Shown here: piece after piece, positions 24,870-36,326 of the stretch
How the letters are laid out: the number at the start of each line of letters is the position of its first letter
Numbering within the stretch: the stretch's first letter is position 1
NCBI GenBank assembly: GCA_025558095.1
Contig: JAIVFI010000014.1
Coordinates: forward strand, 558,001 to 622,000
DNA from: Hyaloraphidium curvatum SAG 235-1
Taxonomy: Eukaryota; Fungi; Monoblepharomycota
Reading direction: 5' to 3'
DNA: 64,000 bases
Translations under genes and position numbers: made by a program
The notes under the pieces: generated by a model
What the model was told of the DNA's origin: nothing
Databases searched by the model: none
What the model saw: only the letters and a program-made list of their open reading frames with translations

Positions 24870-27800
24870 CTACGCCGCCTCGGCCACGTCAACGAGCAAA
24901 ACCGTCACGTCGTCGTACACAGTGTGATCGGTGAAGATCTTGAACTCGTTCCTTTGGAGCTCGCCCAGTCCTACAGCAAACGACTTCAGCTTTTGCTGAA
25001 CGACCTCGTCGGGGAGAGAATCGCCAGCATAGGATGCAGATTGGAAGACGTTTCTGTTCACCTGCAAATGGCCATGAGTCCCATTCGTGAAGTGACCAGC
25101 GCGGCAACGTACCTCATCCTGCATCGCGCGCTGAATGATGCCAGCGATCTCTTCCGCCTGCCTCACAAACTGGCTCGTAGGGACCTTGAAAGCGTCCCAC
25201 AAACCATCTGTTGCCATGCCTGCGCACAAGCATGATCAGCATCGATCGGGCCCAAGACTCGCGCATCACTCACAGATTATGTAGCGCCTGTCCGGTTCCA
25301 GCCTCACCCATGTCATGTCCGGCTTGCACTGGAACACGGGGGGATCCAGCTTGAACAGCAGGTCACCCATCGCGTCCCCACAATTGATGTGCTGGGTGAC
25401 GTTGAGCCCGAGCAGCACGGCTTGCGAGTGAGGGCCCAGATACTCTTCCGTCCGCACAACACGGCCCGCGCGAAGCGCCTCAATGTGGCGCTTCTTGGGC
25501 CCTTCCTCCTTCGTCCCAACCTGGGCGTGCAGGCCCTTCGGAATGGTGAGGTTCTGGCCCTGCCCGGGCCGAGACACCTTGATGATGGCGGAGGCCGCGG
25601 TGCCGTGAACGATGTGGTGGGCCTTCTCTGGGTGTCCAGGGTGGTGATCTTCCGAGATAAAGGTGGGTTCGAAACGGAAGCGGGCCCGGTGCTGCGTTTG
25701 GAGCACGCAGGTGCGCGAGTCCCCGATGTTGACGTTGAGAAGCCATTCGCCGCCAGACCAGGGCTCCGCAAAGTCCGGGAAGACGAGGTTGAGCACCAGG
25801 GTCGAGCCGTCGTCGGCGGGCTTCTTGGTCTCGTCAGCCCCGCTCTTCTTCCACTTCTCGAAACGCCTCTTGATCACCTCCAGGTACTCCTTGTCGGTGG
25901 TCTTTATCGCACACTCCACGGCTTCGACGATGCGATTCTGATTCCACTCGTCCGCGTCGACCTTGTCGAGTTCCTTCCGGATCATGTCGGGCAGTTCCTC
26001 GGCCACATACTTTGCGCAATCGGGGCCCCCGTGTCCGTCGGCGACGAGAAACAGGCTGTAGTTGAGCCCCGTCGGCTTATGCTCCATTCGCTCACGTATC
26101 GCGTGGGCGTCCTCCATGTGCTCATGGATCTTGATGGGCCGCGGGTCGTGCCGGGAGCCCATGCGGTAACCCTGCTTCACGTGGTCGGCGTATCGGATGC
26201 TGCGCAGCGGCGGCGCTCGGTAATCGTCCGCCTGCGTACGCGCTGAACCGGGGCGCGAGGCGTCGGGCGAGATCTTGGCCTTGCTTGGAGAATGGCGCAC
26301 GGTGGGCCTCTTGCCGGTCTCGATCCAGGGGATCCGGGGCGAATGCGACTTGGGCTTCTCGACCGTGCGCAGGAACTCAGCGCGCGGCCGAGTCGTGTCC
26401 TGCGGCGTCGCGGGCACGATATCCTCATCAAGTTCGGAGTGCGTGCTGGGCGGGTGTTGCTCGCGGTCGAGCGAGGGCTGGCGCTCCGGGGGCGGATCGA
26501 CCTGCATGATGTCTGAAGCGTCGACAAACTCCTCCTCCGATTCGTTGGGAAGCGGCTGGGTTTCCTGAACGAAGAGTTGCATCGGAGCCCGTTCGTGCGG
26601 CTGCGACGATTCCTCTGGGCTCCCCCGGCCAGGCTCTTCGTACGTCAGCGCAACGGGTGTCAACCGAAACTTTTCAGGCATTGGCAGGCGCCGATCAAAC
26701 TCCGATATCCATTGGTCCAGGGCCTGGAAAGTGCCTTCCTCCTCCGCTGTTTTGCCGACCACCTTGCGTGGATCCGGAGCATGGCCGAGGGCCACAATCG
26801 AGTCCTGCAGGGAATCCTCCGGCATCTGCAGCCTGATGCCGCCGTACGGGATCTGCGAATCCTGCGACGGCGGCGTCCCCGGCTTGCCGCTCCTCCGGCG
26901 CGTGTGCGGCTGCGCCAAGACACGCTCCTCGGTCACCACCGGATCCGGGGAGCTCGACGGGCTTCGCGATCGTGATCCATGCGCCGGGCGCTGCGCAGCG
27001 GGCACCGGCAGATCCTCGGGCTGCATCGCGGGGGTCCGCTCCCTTGGGGTCGCGGGCCGGCGGCCCGACCAGCGCCGGCTGGCGATCGCCGCCTGGCTGG
27101 CCGTGACGGGAAGCTCGATCTCCACCTCCACCTCGTTCGACGGCTTGCGCGACCTCACGGCCCGCGGTACCGGCGGCTGGGACGCTTCCGGCGGGGCAAA
27201 GTACTTCGACGTCTGCGCCTCCGCGGGGGGCGGCACCGCGTCGTTTCCCGAAGGGACGGGCGCCGCTCCTCCCCGCTCCGTGGACACGCTCCGCCTGCTC
27301 GCCGCCTGCCCGGTGTGCCGCCGCACCCTCGCCTTGTTCGGTGTTCTCGCAAACGAGTGCACGACATCGGCCGCGTGGTCCTCGGCCTGCGCGCTCATGG
27401 GCGGCGTGGCCGGCCGCGCAGGCTGGGGAGGGGTGACCCTGCCGAGCAGCTCCGCCGCCGAGGGCAGCTCCTGCATCTCCGTGGTCGAGTCTTCGAGCTG
27501 CGTGTCGTCCATGCGCAGCTCTACCGGTCCGGGCGACGAGTCCATCTCCGTGTCGGGCTCCCCGGCGTCCGATCCGTGCGCCTCGGGCAACTGCATGGCC
27601 TGCGTCCGCTCCGCAGACACCGCGAGGATCTGTTCCACCACGATCTCCGCCTCCCGTGCCTTTTCCTGCTGCGGCGAAGGCACCGGTACCGGCTCCGGCA
27701 CCGGCTCCGGCTCGGGCTCCGGCTGCGCGGGCGGTGGGGCGGCCTCGCTGTCCACGCTCGCCTCCCGCTGCGTCCTCAGGCTCCGCCGGGAAGGCTCCCT

Positions 27801-29876
27801 TGCCGGGCTCGCCGGCTTGCCCGGCGCCGGCGCCGCGCCGTCCTTGCCCTTGCCAGACTTCCGCTTCGAGCGCGGCTTCGTCGCCTCGAATTCACCCCAC
27901 GCATCCGCGACCCCTTGGATGCTCCCCACCCGCGATTTCGCCACCGACGACCAGAACGGCTTCCAGTCCTCGGGCTGTGCATGCTCGCGGAGGAAGGCGC
28001 ACGCCGCAGGGGTGGGCTGGGGGGAGTCGGGCAGCTCGCGGCGGACGGGGGCGCCGAGGGCAAAGGACAGCAGCCTCTCGGCGGTCTCGGATTCTGCGCA
28101 CGCAACACCGTGAGGCCGGCGGCAACGGGCCGCTGAAGGCGACTTACCGATCATCAAAACCGCCATCGCGCAGATCTCCTCGAGCGTCTTCCCGCCCCCG
28201 TCCAGCGCCTTCATCCTGTTCAGCGCATCTCCGACCTCGACCCACCGGGTGTGGCGATTCCGCTCGTATCTGTACCGCAGCCCGAAGTCGCGGAGGGCAC
28301 TTTCGAGCTCGGATTCCGGGGCTTCCGGCGCCCCGCCCGACGACGACCGAGAGCGGTTGGAGGGGCCCGACGCTGCATTCCTCGCGCGCTTGGCGGGCTG
28401 CTCCTCCGCGGCCGACGACGGCCGCTTCCGCGCCGACGTGCTCTTCGGCGGGTGCTGCGACGCAGCGGATGCCGGCGTCCTGCGGGAGGAAGGCGGCCGC
28501 GCGGGGGGATCGGGTTCCGCCGGCCCGGATCGGGGACCGCCCGTGACCGAGGAGTCCGTGTCCACGGATTCGGGCTCGCCGGGATCCGGTGCGGGTGCGG
28601 GTGCGGGTGTCCGTGCCGGGGGTGGGGGAAGCGCGATCCTGGGTGCGGTGGGCTCGACGATCGGGTCGAGCGTCTGCTCGGGCTGCGAGAGCGGCACGGA
28701 AAACACGTCCTTCTCGGCCGCGGGCTCCGGTTCGGGGGCTTCCTCTGGGGCGGCGGGCTCCGGGGTGGGCGGTTTCGGCGGCAGCTGCGGCGTCGCCTTG
28801 ATGGTGAAGGGCGAGAACCTCTTGGCGTTCTTCGCGGGCGCCTTGGCCGCCCGCGTGCGCGCGGGCTTCACGACGTCGTCGTCCTCCTCCGGATTGTCCC
28901 CCGGCTCCGCGTACGACATCGGCGCCGTCCTGCGGCGGTTCCGGTTCGGTGGGCTCGGCGGAAGTGCCTGCGGCGGTGGATTTCTGGGCGCGGGGGCCTC
29001 CTCGTAACGCGGGTCAGAGGGGGAGATGTTCATCGGCGGGGTTTTGCCGCGACGCGGGCGCTCCGCCGTTGCCGGTGGCGGCGCCGTTGGCTGGGGCGCC
29101 GGATCCGGGTCCGCCTTGACGCGCCTGCCGCGCGGGGGAGGGACCACGGGCACGGCAAGATGGTCGGTTTGCGGGGCCGCCGCCTGTCCGTTTGCCGCGT
29201 TCTCGCCCGCCGCCTGCGTTTCGGCGCCGTCCGCCTTTTTCCGTCCGCGGCGCTGCGTGGTCGGCGGCCTGCTTGCTGGCGTCGGGGAAAAGTCCTGCCG
29301 GGCGGCGAGGACAGGCGCGTCCTCCTCGGGCGGGTTCACCAGCGCGGAAATCTCCATCGCGGGGCTCCGTCCTTCAGGAAGACGCTGCTCCGCTGCCCCG
29401 CCGGCATCATTTGAAGGCGCCTCCGGGGCCGCGGGAATTTCGGCCGGGGGTGGAGGCCTCTTTGGCTTTTGCGGGAGCAGGGTCGGCGGCGTCCCCCTCT
29501 CCGGTTTTGGCGACGCCCTCACGGTGCGCAGGTTCACCCGCTTCGGTGGTTGCCGCGGAGGCGTGTCCCCGGGGTGGAAGTCATACGGGTCCTCGGCGGG
29601 CTCCGGCTCCTGTTGTGCCGGGGGGGCCGCAGCCCGGCCGCGCCTCGCGCCGGCGGCCTTGAACATCACCGGCGCGGGGTTCTGCGGCTTGACGGCGCGC
29701 GGCTTCGGCGGCACGATGGCGGCGGGCTTCTGCGGCGCCCTGCGCGTGCGTGGCCCTTCCGGCGTGTCGAACGAGACGGCGTCCCCGGAAGGCTGCACGC
29801 CGCCCGACCCGCGGGTCGGCATTTTCACGCCCGTCCGCGTGACTTTGGCCGCCGCCGCCGCCGGCTTGCGGCCCAT
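24870..29876 (-). CDS. PP2C/PPM phosphatase with very long Pro-rich disordered N-terminus
   Basis: VADGHGG, DGSTL, NIGDSR, EDHHP, MGDL, ATDGLWD, DDVTV; probable in-frame intron 28095-28148 and two 3' introns. Confidence 0.88.
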
Positions 29877-29971
29877 CGTGACCCGCGCCAACTGTTGTGG
29901 GCGAACTTGTCGCCAAGAACGCGCGGGACGACTGTCCCCCAAATCTCAACGCATCTAGCCGGAAGATAGAA

Positions 29972-31063
29972 ATGGAGCCGCCGAATGCTGGGCAGCTCGA
30001 TATTCCGGAACGCGCCGAAGAGGCGGTCGGTGCGGCAGGCGCCGCAGCGAGCCCCTCCGACGCGCCCGAACCCCCCCTGCTCCCCGTCCCCGCTGTCGCC
30101 ACACTCCCGCCCGAAATCCGCAACGCCATTATCAAGGCCCTCATGTCGCACGGCGACCGCGGCTCCGTCTCGAGATTTTCGAGGGCCAGCAAGGCGTGCT
30201 ATCGCGCGTTCTACCCGCTCCTTCTGCGAGACATAACCTTCGAGCCTGGGTGGGCCCGCGGGGCGCGGCTGGAGCAGTTCCTGGACGGCGTGGCCGGGCC
30301 GCAAAAGTATGCCCTCGTCAAGAGGCTGAAGCTACACCACTCCATCTGCTTCGACGACCCCCGGCACGGGACCCGGATCTGGGACCTCCTCAAAAGCTGC
30401 CTGCCCCACCTCAACTCGCTCGAGCTCGTCGGACCGACCGCGTTCCTGTCTGTCGCGTGGAAGCTGGTGCTCGCTGCCAACGTGCAGCAGCTCGAGGAAC
30501 TTTCTTTCGTTGGAGGGTGGAAAGGCCCGAGCTCGGGCCAGGCTCTGCCTCGCTGCGTGCGGAGGCTGACGGTCGTTCCGGAAGACTACTCTTCTCTGCA
30601 CCAGATCGTGGTCATGGTGGACCGGGCTTCGGATCTGGAGGATTTTCACATCAAGGGCCTGAGCCTGGTCGGCATCGAAGACGAGTTCGGTCCGTTCGAA
30701 CACGCGAAGAGAGTGCTGCGGAGCTGCTTCTTCAAGGAAGCGCTGGTGCGGCTGCCAGCCTGGCTGACGGGACTGCGGGTTTTGCGGATCCCAAGGCAGC
30801 TCACGGGTCTCGCCTTCAGAGTGCGGGCCAGCGACCCGCGTTTCCAGCTACCGCCGTCCCTGAAGGAGCTCCGCCTCGAGCAGGTGCAGCTTACCATGAC
30901 TGAGGACCGGTTCGACGCCGTCCGAAAGGTGCTGAAAGCGTCTAACCTGGAGAGCATCTATGTGCGGGTCGCGTGGAACTCGCAACGCACAGATTCCGCT
31001 GTCAAGGAGCTCGCGTTCTGGCGCTCGATCGACATTGCCCGGATCGATTGCCACTGGGCCTGA
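29972..31063 (+). CDS. F-box-like / LRR-like protein, intronless
   Basis: LPPEIRNAII..SRASKACY..PLLLRDI F-box-like pattern followed by LxxLxL repeats. Confidence 0.65.
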   Translation: MEPPNAGQLDIPERAEEAVGAAGAAASPSDAPEPPLLPVPAVATLPPEIRNAIIKALMSHGDRGSVSRFSRASKACYRAFYPLLLRDITFEPGWARGARLEQFLDGVAGPQKYALVKRLKLHHSICFDDPRHGTRIWDLLKSCLPHLNSLELVGPTAFLSVAWKLVLAANVQQLEELSFVGGWKGPSSGQALPRCVRRLTVVPEDYSSLHQIVVMVDRASDLEDFHIKGLSLVGIEDEFGPFEHAKRVLRSCFFKEALVRLPAWLTGLRVLRIPRQLTGLAFRVRASDPRFQLPPSLKELRLEQVQLTMTEDRFDAVRKVLKASNLESIYVRVAWNSQRTDSAVKELAFWRSIDIARIDCHWA

Positions 31064-31210
31064 AGGTGCTCCGCCAGCCCGTTGGCCGCCGTGACTTATC
31101 TAGAGCTAGATTTCATGCTTCACTACATTCACTAAAGATGGAAAGCCGCCCTTTTTCAAAGATCTGCGTTCGGACTCGCGAGCTCCAACCAAACGTGCCC
31201 CCTTGACACC

Positions 31211-32577
31211 TCACGCCGCTCCACACCACACGGTTCCCTGCCCCGCGTAGCACTTCGTTCCCGCTGGGCATGGCTGCGCGACCCAGACGCCGTTGGCGCA
31301 CTGCTCGAACCCGGTGCCGGCGCAGCGGTACGAGCCCGCTGCGCAGGGGCCGGATGCGGCCGAGGTGGTGGTCGTGCGGGTGGTTGCGGATGTGGATGTC
31401 GAAGTGGTCGGCCGGGTTGTTGTAGCCGAGCTCGTGGTCGTCCTGCTGCTCGTCGTCGAGCTCGACGTGCTGGTGCCGGGGATGCCGGCGCCGCAGGCGA
31501 TCTGGCTGCCGGTCTGGATGCACACGGTGTTGGGAGGGCAGCTCAGGAGCACGTACACGCCGTTGGCTGCGGTTCAGGTGCGCGGTCAGGATGGAGAACG
31601 GGATAAGTGGAGCGATCGGACTTACCGCACTGACGGAAGGCGCGCGCGTCACTTGTGGAGCCTCCGGTGCCGCAGAGGTACGTCCCGTCGGTGCACGTGG
31701 CTCCCGCTGCCGACGTCGAGGTCGTCGTTGGCCCGGAAGTGCTTGTCGTCGGGGTTGTCGGACCGGGGTTCGCCGTCGGCGTGCTGCCAGGCACGACGGT
31801 GACCACGCCCCCGCCGGCGTCGACTCTGATCACCGCCCGGCCTTCGAGATACTCGATCCCGGCGTTGCTGACCTCGTACGGGAAGTTGAACTCGCTGATC
31901 CTCGGCACGGGGAGCAGGGCGGCCGGCCAGGGGTTCAGGTCGGGCTGGGCGAGGAGGAGCTGGGGCCCGGTGACGGCGCCCGAGGTCGTGCTGCCCGGGA
32001 ATCGGATGTCGATGCAATTTTCATAGTATTCCCGGGCTCCGATCGCATTGATCCAGTTCCAGCTTATCACCTGTGGACTCGTGTCACAGTGCGCCACACC
32101 TCCGACGCGGCGCGGCCTACCCAGCGTCCGCCGAGTCCTCCCGGGAGGGTAACAGAATACGACATGCCGTCCAGGAAACAGGTCCGTACGATGGTTCGGA
32201 GAACAACCCAATCGTTGGTGGTTTTGAGGACGTCCGAGCCGACGATCGGGGAGATGGCGAACTCTGCGTGGTTCGGGGCGCGATCAGCACCGATAGCATC
32301 GGCGATTGCAGGAACACTCACGGCAATGACCGCCATTGTGCAAGGCGCTGCCTTCGAAGCTGATCGCCAGCGACTGACCAGGTGCCACGTCGTGCACCAC
32401 CTGTCCCGGAGGTTTCCCGCCGCACGGCCAGGGCCTGTCCGCCGCCAGCGGGCTCTTGAGGTCGTAATCGATGGGAGGGTTGCCGTACCGCGAGCCGCGG
32501 GGCAGAGGGCTGCGGACCTCCACGTGCGCCCGCGCCGCGGCGAGGAAGCTAAGCAGGAGGACGAGGGCGAGCAGCAT
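31211..32577 (-). CDS. Secreted AA11-like lytic polysaccharide monooxygenase with two CBM19-like chitin-binding modules
   Basis: Signal peptide then His1 (ARA|HVEV), HNGGHCQFAIS, WNWINAIGAREYYENCIDI; Thr/Ser linkers; 2x C..G.Y.C..F.QC.NG.[WY]V..CP..T.C. Confidence 0.85.
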
Positions 32578-32861
32578 CGCAGAGACGGGGCGGGGAATGC
32601 TTTGATTGGGCGGAGGTCCGCGTGCCTACCACTTTCCGCAGGCGATCTTCTACGGAACTGGACGAGAGCCGGAGGCGGATAATCTCGAGTGAGGCGGAGG
32701 TGGCACGAGGAGATTCGAGGTCCATCGTCCGTCACTCGATCTTGGCGTCACCGCGAAGACGCCGCCCAAACACTGCGAAGCTCCGTGCTCACACACGCGT
32801 TTTCCCTCTCCTGCGCCTTGACTCACGCGTTTCGGAAGCTCCCTTGCACGGCCCTGCTCGG

Positions 32862-33974
32862 ATGGTGCCGAAACTGCTCGTCCTTGGACTGAATCCGTCC
32901 ATTTCCTTGACCCTCGTGCTCGACGGGCTACAGCTCGGGCAAGTGAACCGGGCGCAGCGCGGGATTCCTTCTTCCGGAGGCAAAGGGCAGAATGCTTCCG
33001 TGGCGGCCCGGACCTGGTTTGATGCTTCCGGAATGCCCGAGGCTGAGGTGCATTTGCTCCAGGTCCTCGGAGGCATGACCGGCGACGCAGTCAGCCAGCG
33101 ATTGCGCGATTCGTACCCCGGCATCGTGCAGCATACTTTGGCGATCGCGTCACCCACGAGGACGACGGTCACTGTGATTGACGAATCGCGCGGGGAGACC
33201 ACGGAGCTGATTGAGCCGAACGCCGGGCCTGTCGGCGCAGAAGAGGCCGAAAAGTTGCTGCAGCTCCTCGCCGAGGTTATTGCGAGCATTTTATCTGACA
33301 GAGGAGAGCCATCGGCTGTCGAACAGGGCCCTCGCTGTGGCCTGTTGCTTATGGGAACGTGCCCGCCCGGCTTGGCTGCTTCCGAAATCTACGCCCGAGC
33401 GGCGCGGACATTCAAGGCGCGACTGCCGGACGGGTTCGTTCTTTTGGATACTTCCAAGGGTCTGGATGCGGTCGTCGAGGCCGCGGAGGGGTGCATCGAC
33501 GCTGTGAAGATCAGCTTGGACGAAGCCGCTGCATTCGTGAAGGCTCGAGGCGCGACAGATTTGGACGGACCGCAGGTGGCAAAGCTGACGCTGGATCTCC
33601 TTGTCGGCGTGGACTTTGTTGGAATTACGGACGGTCCCAGAAGCTCGTACCTGGCCTGTCGAGAAGCCCAACCTGATCGCACGGTGCTCTACGCCTATAC
33701 TCCCCCGTCACTGTCTGCTCTCTTTCCAGACGTTTCGCTGCTAAATCCGATTGGAGCAGGCGATGCTGTCTCTGCAGTCTTTGCGGCCTCCTTTGTGGGG
33801 TCGGATGGAACGGCTGAAGCCGCACGTGAAGCGTTTGCGAACGGATTGTCTGCCGGAAGTGCGAGCTGCCTTGGTTTCGAGACGTCAAAGTTTGATCTTG
33901 TGGCTTGCAATTCCATTCGGAAGCACCTGACGTCAACGGACAACAACGAGGCGGCTAGTTCTTCAAGCATGTAA
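32862..33974 (+). CDS. PfkB-family sugar-phosphate kinase (FruK/LacC-like), intronless
   Basis: LNPSI, GGKGQNAS, LGGMTG, TRTTVT..TELIEP, NPIGAGDA. Confidence 0.88.
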   Translation: MVPKLLVLGLNPSISLTLVLDGLQLGQVNRAQRGIPSSGGKGQNASVAARTWFDASGMPEAEVHLLQVLGGMTGDAVSQRLRDSYPGIVQHTLAIASPTRTTVTVIDESRGETTELIEPNAGPVGAEEAEKLLQLLAEVIASILSDRGEPSAVEQGPRCGLLLMGTCPPGLAASEIYARAARTFKARLPDGFVLLDTSKGLDAVVEAAEGCIDAVKISLDEAAAFVKARGATDLDGPQVAKLTLDLLVGVDFVGITDGPRSSYLACREAQPDRTVLYAYTPPSLSALFPDVSLLNPIGAGDAVSAVFAASFVGSDGTAEAAREAFANGLSAGSASCLGFETSKFDLVACNSIRKHLTSTDNNEAASSSSM

Positions 33975-34021
33975 TTCATTTCGAATGAAATCACTTCATG
34001 TACACAGCTCGCTCTGGATAG

Positions 34022-34960
34022 TCAGTACATATCCCAGTAGGCTGATTCGTCTTCGTCCGCATTGTTTGCCCCAGAAGACGTAACAGCTGCAGATGCTTTT
34101 CCAGAACCAGAGCCAAAAGTCCCCTCGTTGTCCTCGTCCTCGTCTGGAAGTAGGTAACTCTCGTAGTACTCCCTCTCGCCGTCGCTCTCATCTCCCCTGC
34201 CGAGCTGCTTCTGTGCGAGCTTCGCAACTTCCGCCTGGAGGGCGGCTGCTCGCTCTTCGGCTCGAAAGGCCTCTTCTGCCTCGGCTTCCGAGTCGAACCA
34301 GATGGCCTTCCCAGGAACCAAGGTGTCGATCAGTTCTCTGCTCCAAAGAGAAGCTGTCCGGCAGAGCAGCAGGTCGTGAAAAACCCAGCCTCTTCTGTCC
34401 GCGGGTTCGAAAAGCATCACGCAAACACCCGAAACCTCGTCCTCGCTTGCAAGAGTGGCGTCGAACGTCCTGCCGAACTCCACGGCGGCATACAGTGTTC
34501 TCCGATCAACGCGGCGGTAACGCGCAAAAGCACTCTCCGAGTCAGCAAGGGCACCGGCGTCGTCGAAACTGGTTACGAGCTGTTCCGCCACCATCGAGCT
34601 CGCGTTCGAGCATGCAAGGCAGTCAAATCCATACACGCGGCGGCGCAAAGTGGCGGCATCAGTGGAGCCACCGGTCGCTCCGATCCGGTCCAAAGGCTCC
34701 GCAGCCGAGTCCGGGGAAGCCAGAAACATGCATCGTTCCCGCAGCGCCGTGGAGGCGAGCGATAGCAGGGCCTGGCGAGCTCCGGCCCTTAGAAGCGACA
34801 GAGAAACAACTGCGAGAGTCAAGGGACAATCGAAAGGGTTGGAGGAGGGCATCGCCGCAAGCCCAGTAACTGCCGTGCCATTCGACGATGCGACCGACGA
34901 ACGGGAGCGGTGCCGCGACAACGGCAATGGCTGCGGCTTCGGTTGGACGATGGAGGCCAT
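34022..34960 (-). CDS. Hypothetical protein with acidic C-terminus
   Basis: Long protein-like ORF ending ESAYWDMY, convergent with pfkB; no family recognised. Confidence 0.55.
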   Translation of the reverse strand: MASIVQPKPQPLPLSRHRSRSSVASSNGTAVTGLAAMPSSNPFDCPLTLAVVSLSLLRAGARQALLSLASTALRERCMFLASPDSAAEPLDRIGATGGSTDAATLRRRVYGFDCLACSNASSMVAEQLVTSFDDAGALADSESAFARYRRVDRRTLYAAVEFGRTFDATLASEDEVSGVCVMLFEPADRRGWVFHDLLLCRTASLWSRELIDTLVPGKAIWFDSEAEAEEAFRAEERAAALQAEVAKLAQKQLGRGDESDGEREYYESYLLPDEDEDNEGTFGSGSGKASAAVTSSGANNADEDESAYWDMY

Positions 34961-35222
34961 TCGAGAAGGGTCCTTCTCCGATAACAAGAGAGTAGAAGTG
35001 TCGCCCAGATAGCGTAACGTCACGGCAACTCCCTCGTTGCGGGCAGCGGCAGAGCTCCGGAAGGCAATGGCCCCCTCAGAAGCAACTGCCTCGCTTTTGT
35101 AATTGCCTTCCGGCGGCCGAACGCTAGAGTTGGCAGGGCGATGACGAACGGCGGCCCGGTGCCACCACCGCGCGCCGACGACGGTCATACGGCTCATCTC
35201 AGAGCCTGTAGATACGTTCGCA

Positions 35223-36263
35223 ATGCCGTCCGCTGCGTCGGCGCGGCTGCCGCCGGAAGTGGTTGCTGGGACCATCATCTCCCACGACGACGACCACGTA
35301 TACCTGAGGAAGCCTGTGGGGCTGCCTGTCTTCCCGGCATCGGGCTCAAACGCCCCCACTCTTGTCGATGCCTACGGAGCCGCATTGCGCACCGTAGCTG
35401 CACGTTCGTCATTTTCGGAACGCGTTCTGTCTGAGTCGTGGCCTGCCGGCTTCGAACTCGGGATAGCGCACCGCTTGGACACGATGACCTCGGGCGTCGT
35501 TGTTGCTGCGCGCACCCTGGCGGGACTGCTGGCCCTGCGATCCCAATTTGCCGCGAAGGAGATCCGCAAGTTCTATCTCTTTCGCTCGGCGGCGCACCGG
35601 CCGTACTGGCCGAACGGACAACGTGTGTGTGCCCTCCCGATTGCTCATCACAAGACCGACAAGAGGAAGATGGTTGTTGGCTTACCCCCGCTCGCGGATC
35701 CTTCCGTGCCGGACCGACGACCGGACATTCCCCATAAGGGGCGTTGGCATCCGGCCTACACCATATTCCGGCCGTTGCCGCCGACGTCGCCGATCCTTCC
35801 GAGTCTCCTGCCGGACAAAGCGGGCGCCAACCGCGTTCTTGCCGATCCCCTGCTGGTTCAGTCGGTCAGAGCCCACCAACGGCGAGCGGAAGATGATGCT
35901 GAGAAGGCAAAGAGGCGGAAACCAGGCGTCGAGTTCGACGGCCCGGCCTTTTTGAAGACTGCGCTGGCGTCGGTGAACTTTGACCGCTTCGAAGGCTTCT
36001 ACACGGCGGAAATGCGGACTGGCGTCACCCACCAGCTGCGTGTTCACGCTCTGGCTTGCGGGATTCCGATCATGGGCGACACCCTCTACGATCCCGACGT
36101 CAGACGGGCAAAGATGGCGGGCGTGACTGCGGCTACCAAGGAGTTTCTGCTCCACTGCTACCAGATGCAGGGGCCGGAAGGCAGCTGGTCGACCCCGTTG
36201 CTGCCTCTCGTCGACGATCTTCGGTTGCCGCCGGACGTGACGACGAAGGGGAACGATGACTAG
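35223..36263 (+). CDS. RluA-family RNA pseudouridine synthase
   Basis: KPVGLPV, HRLDTMTSG, TGVTHQLRVH, PIMGDTLY, LHC. Confidence 0.92.
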   Translation: MPSAASARLPPEVVAGTIISHDDDHVYLRKPVGLPVFPASGSNAPTLVDAYGAALRTVAARSSFSERVLSESWPAGFELGIAHRLDTMTSGVVVAARTLAGLLALRSQFAAKEIRKFYLFRSAAHRPYWPNGQRVCALPIAHHKTDKRKMVVGLPPLADPSVPDRRPDIPHKGRWHPAYTIFRPLPPTSPILPSLLPDKAGANRVLADPLLVQSVRAHQRRAEDDAEKAKRRKPGVEFDGPAFLKTALASVNFDRFEGFYTAEMRTGVTHQLRVHALACGIPIMGDTLYDPDVRRAKMAGVTAATKEFLLHCYQMQGPEGSWSTPLLPLVDDLRLPPDVTTKGNDD

Positions 36264-36326
36264 CCATGGCCGTTGTAGTAAACAGACAAACAACGTTTCA
36301 CCTGCCGCCCCGCTGGCGAAGTCTCG

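Noticed and set aside
27670-28620. Short repeats (GGCTCC/GGCACC, GGGTGC)
   Set aside because: They encode PEPVP/PAPAP low-complexity linkers within the PP2C gene
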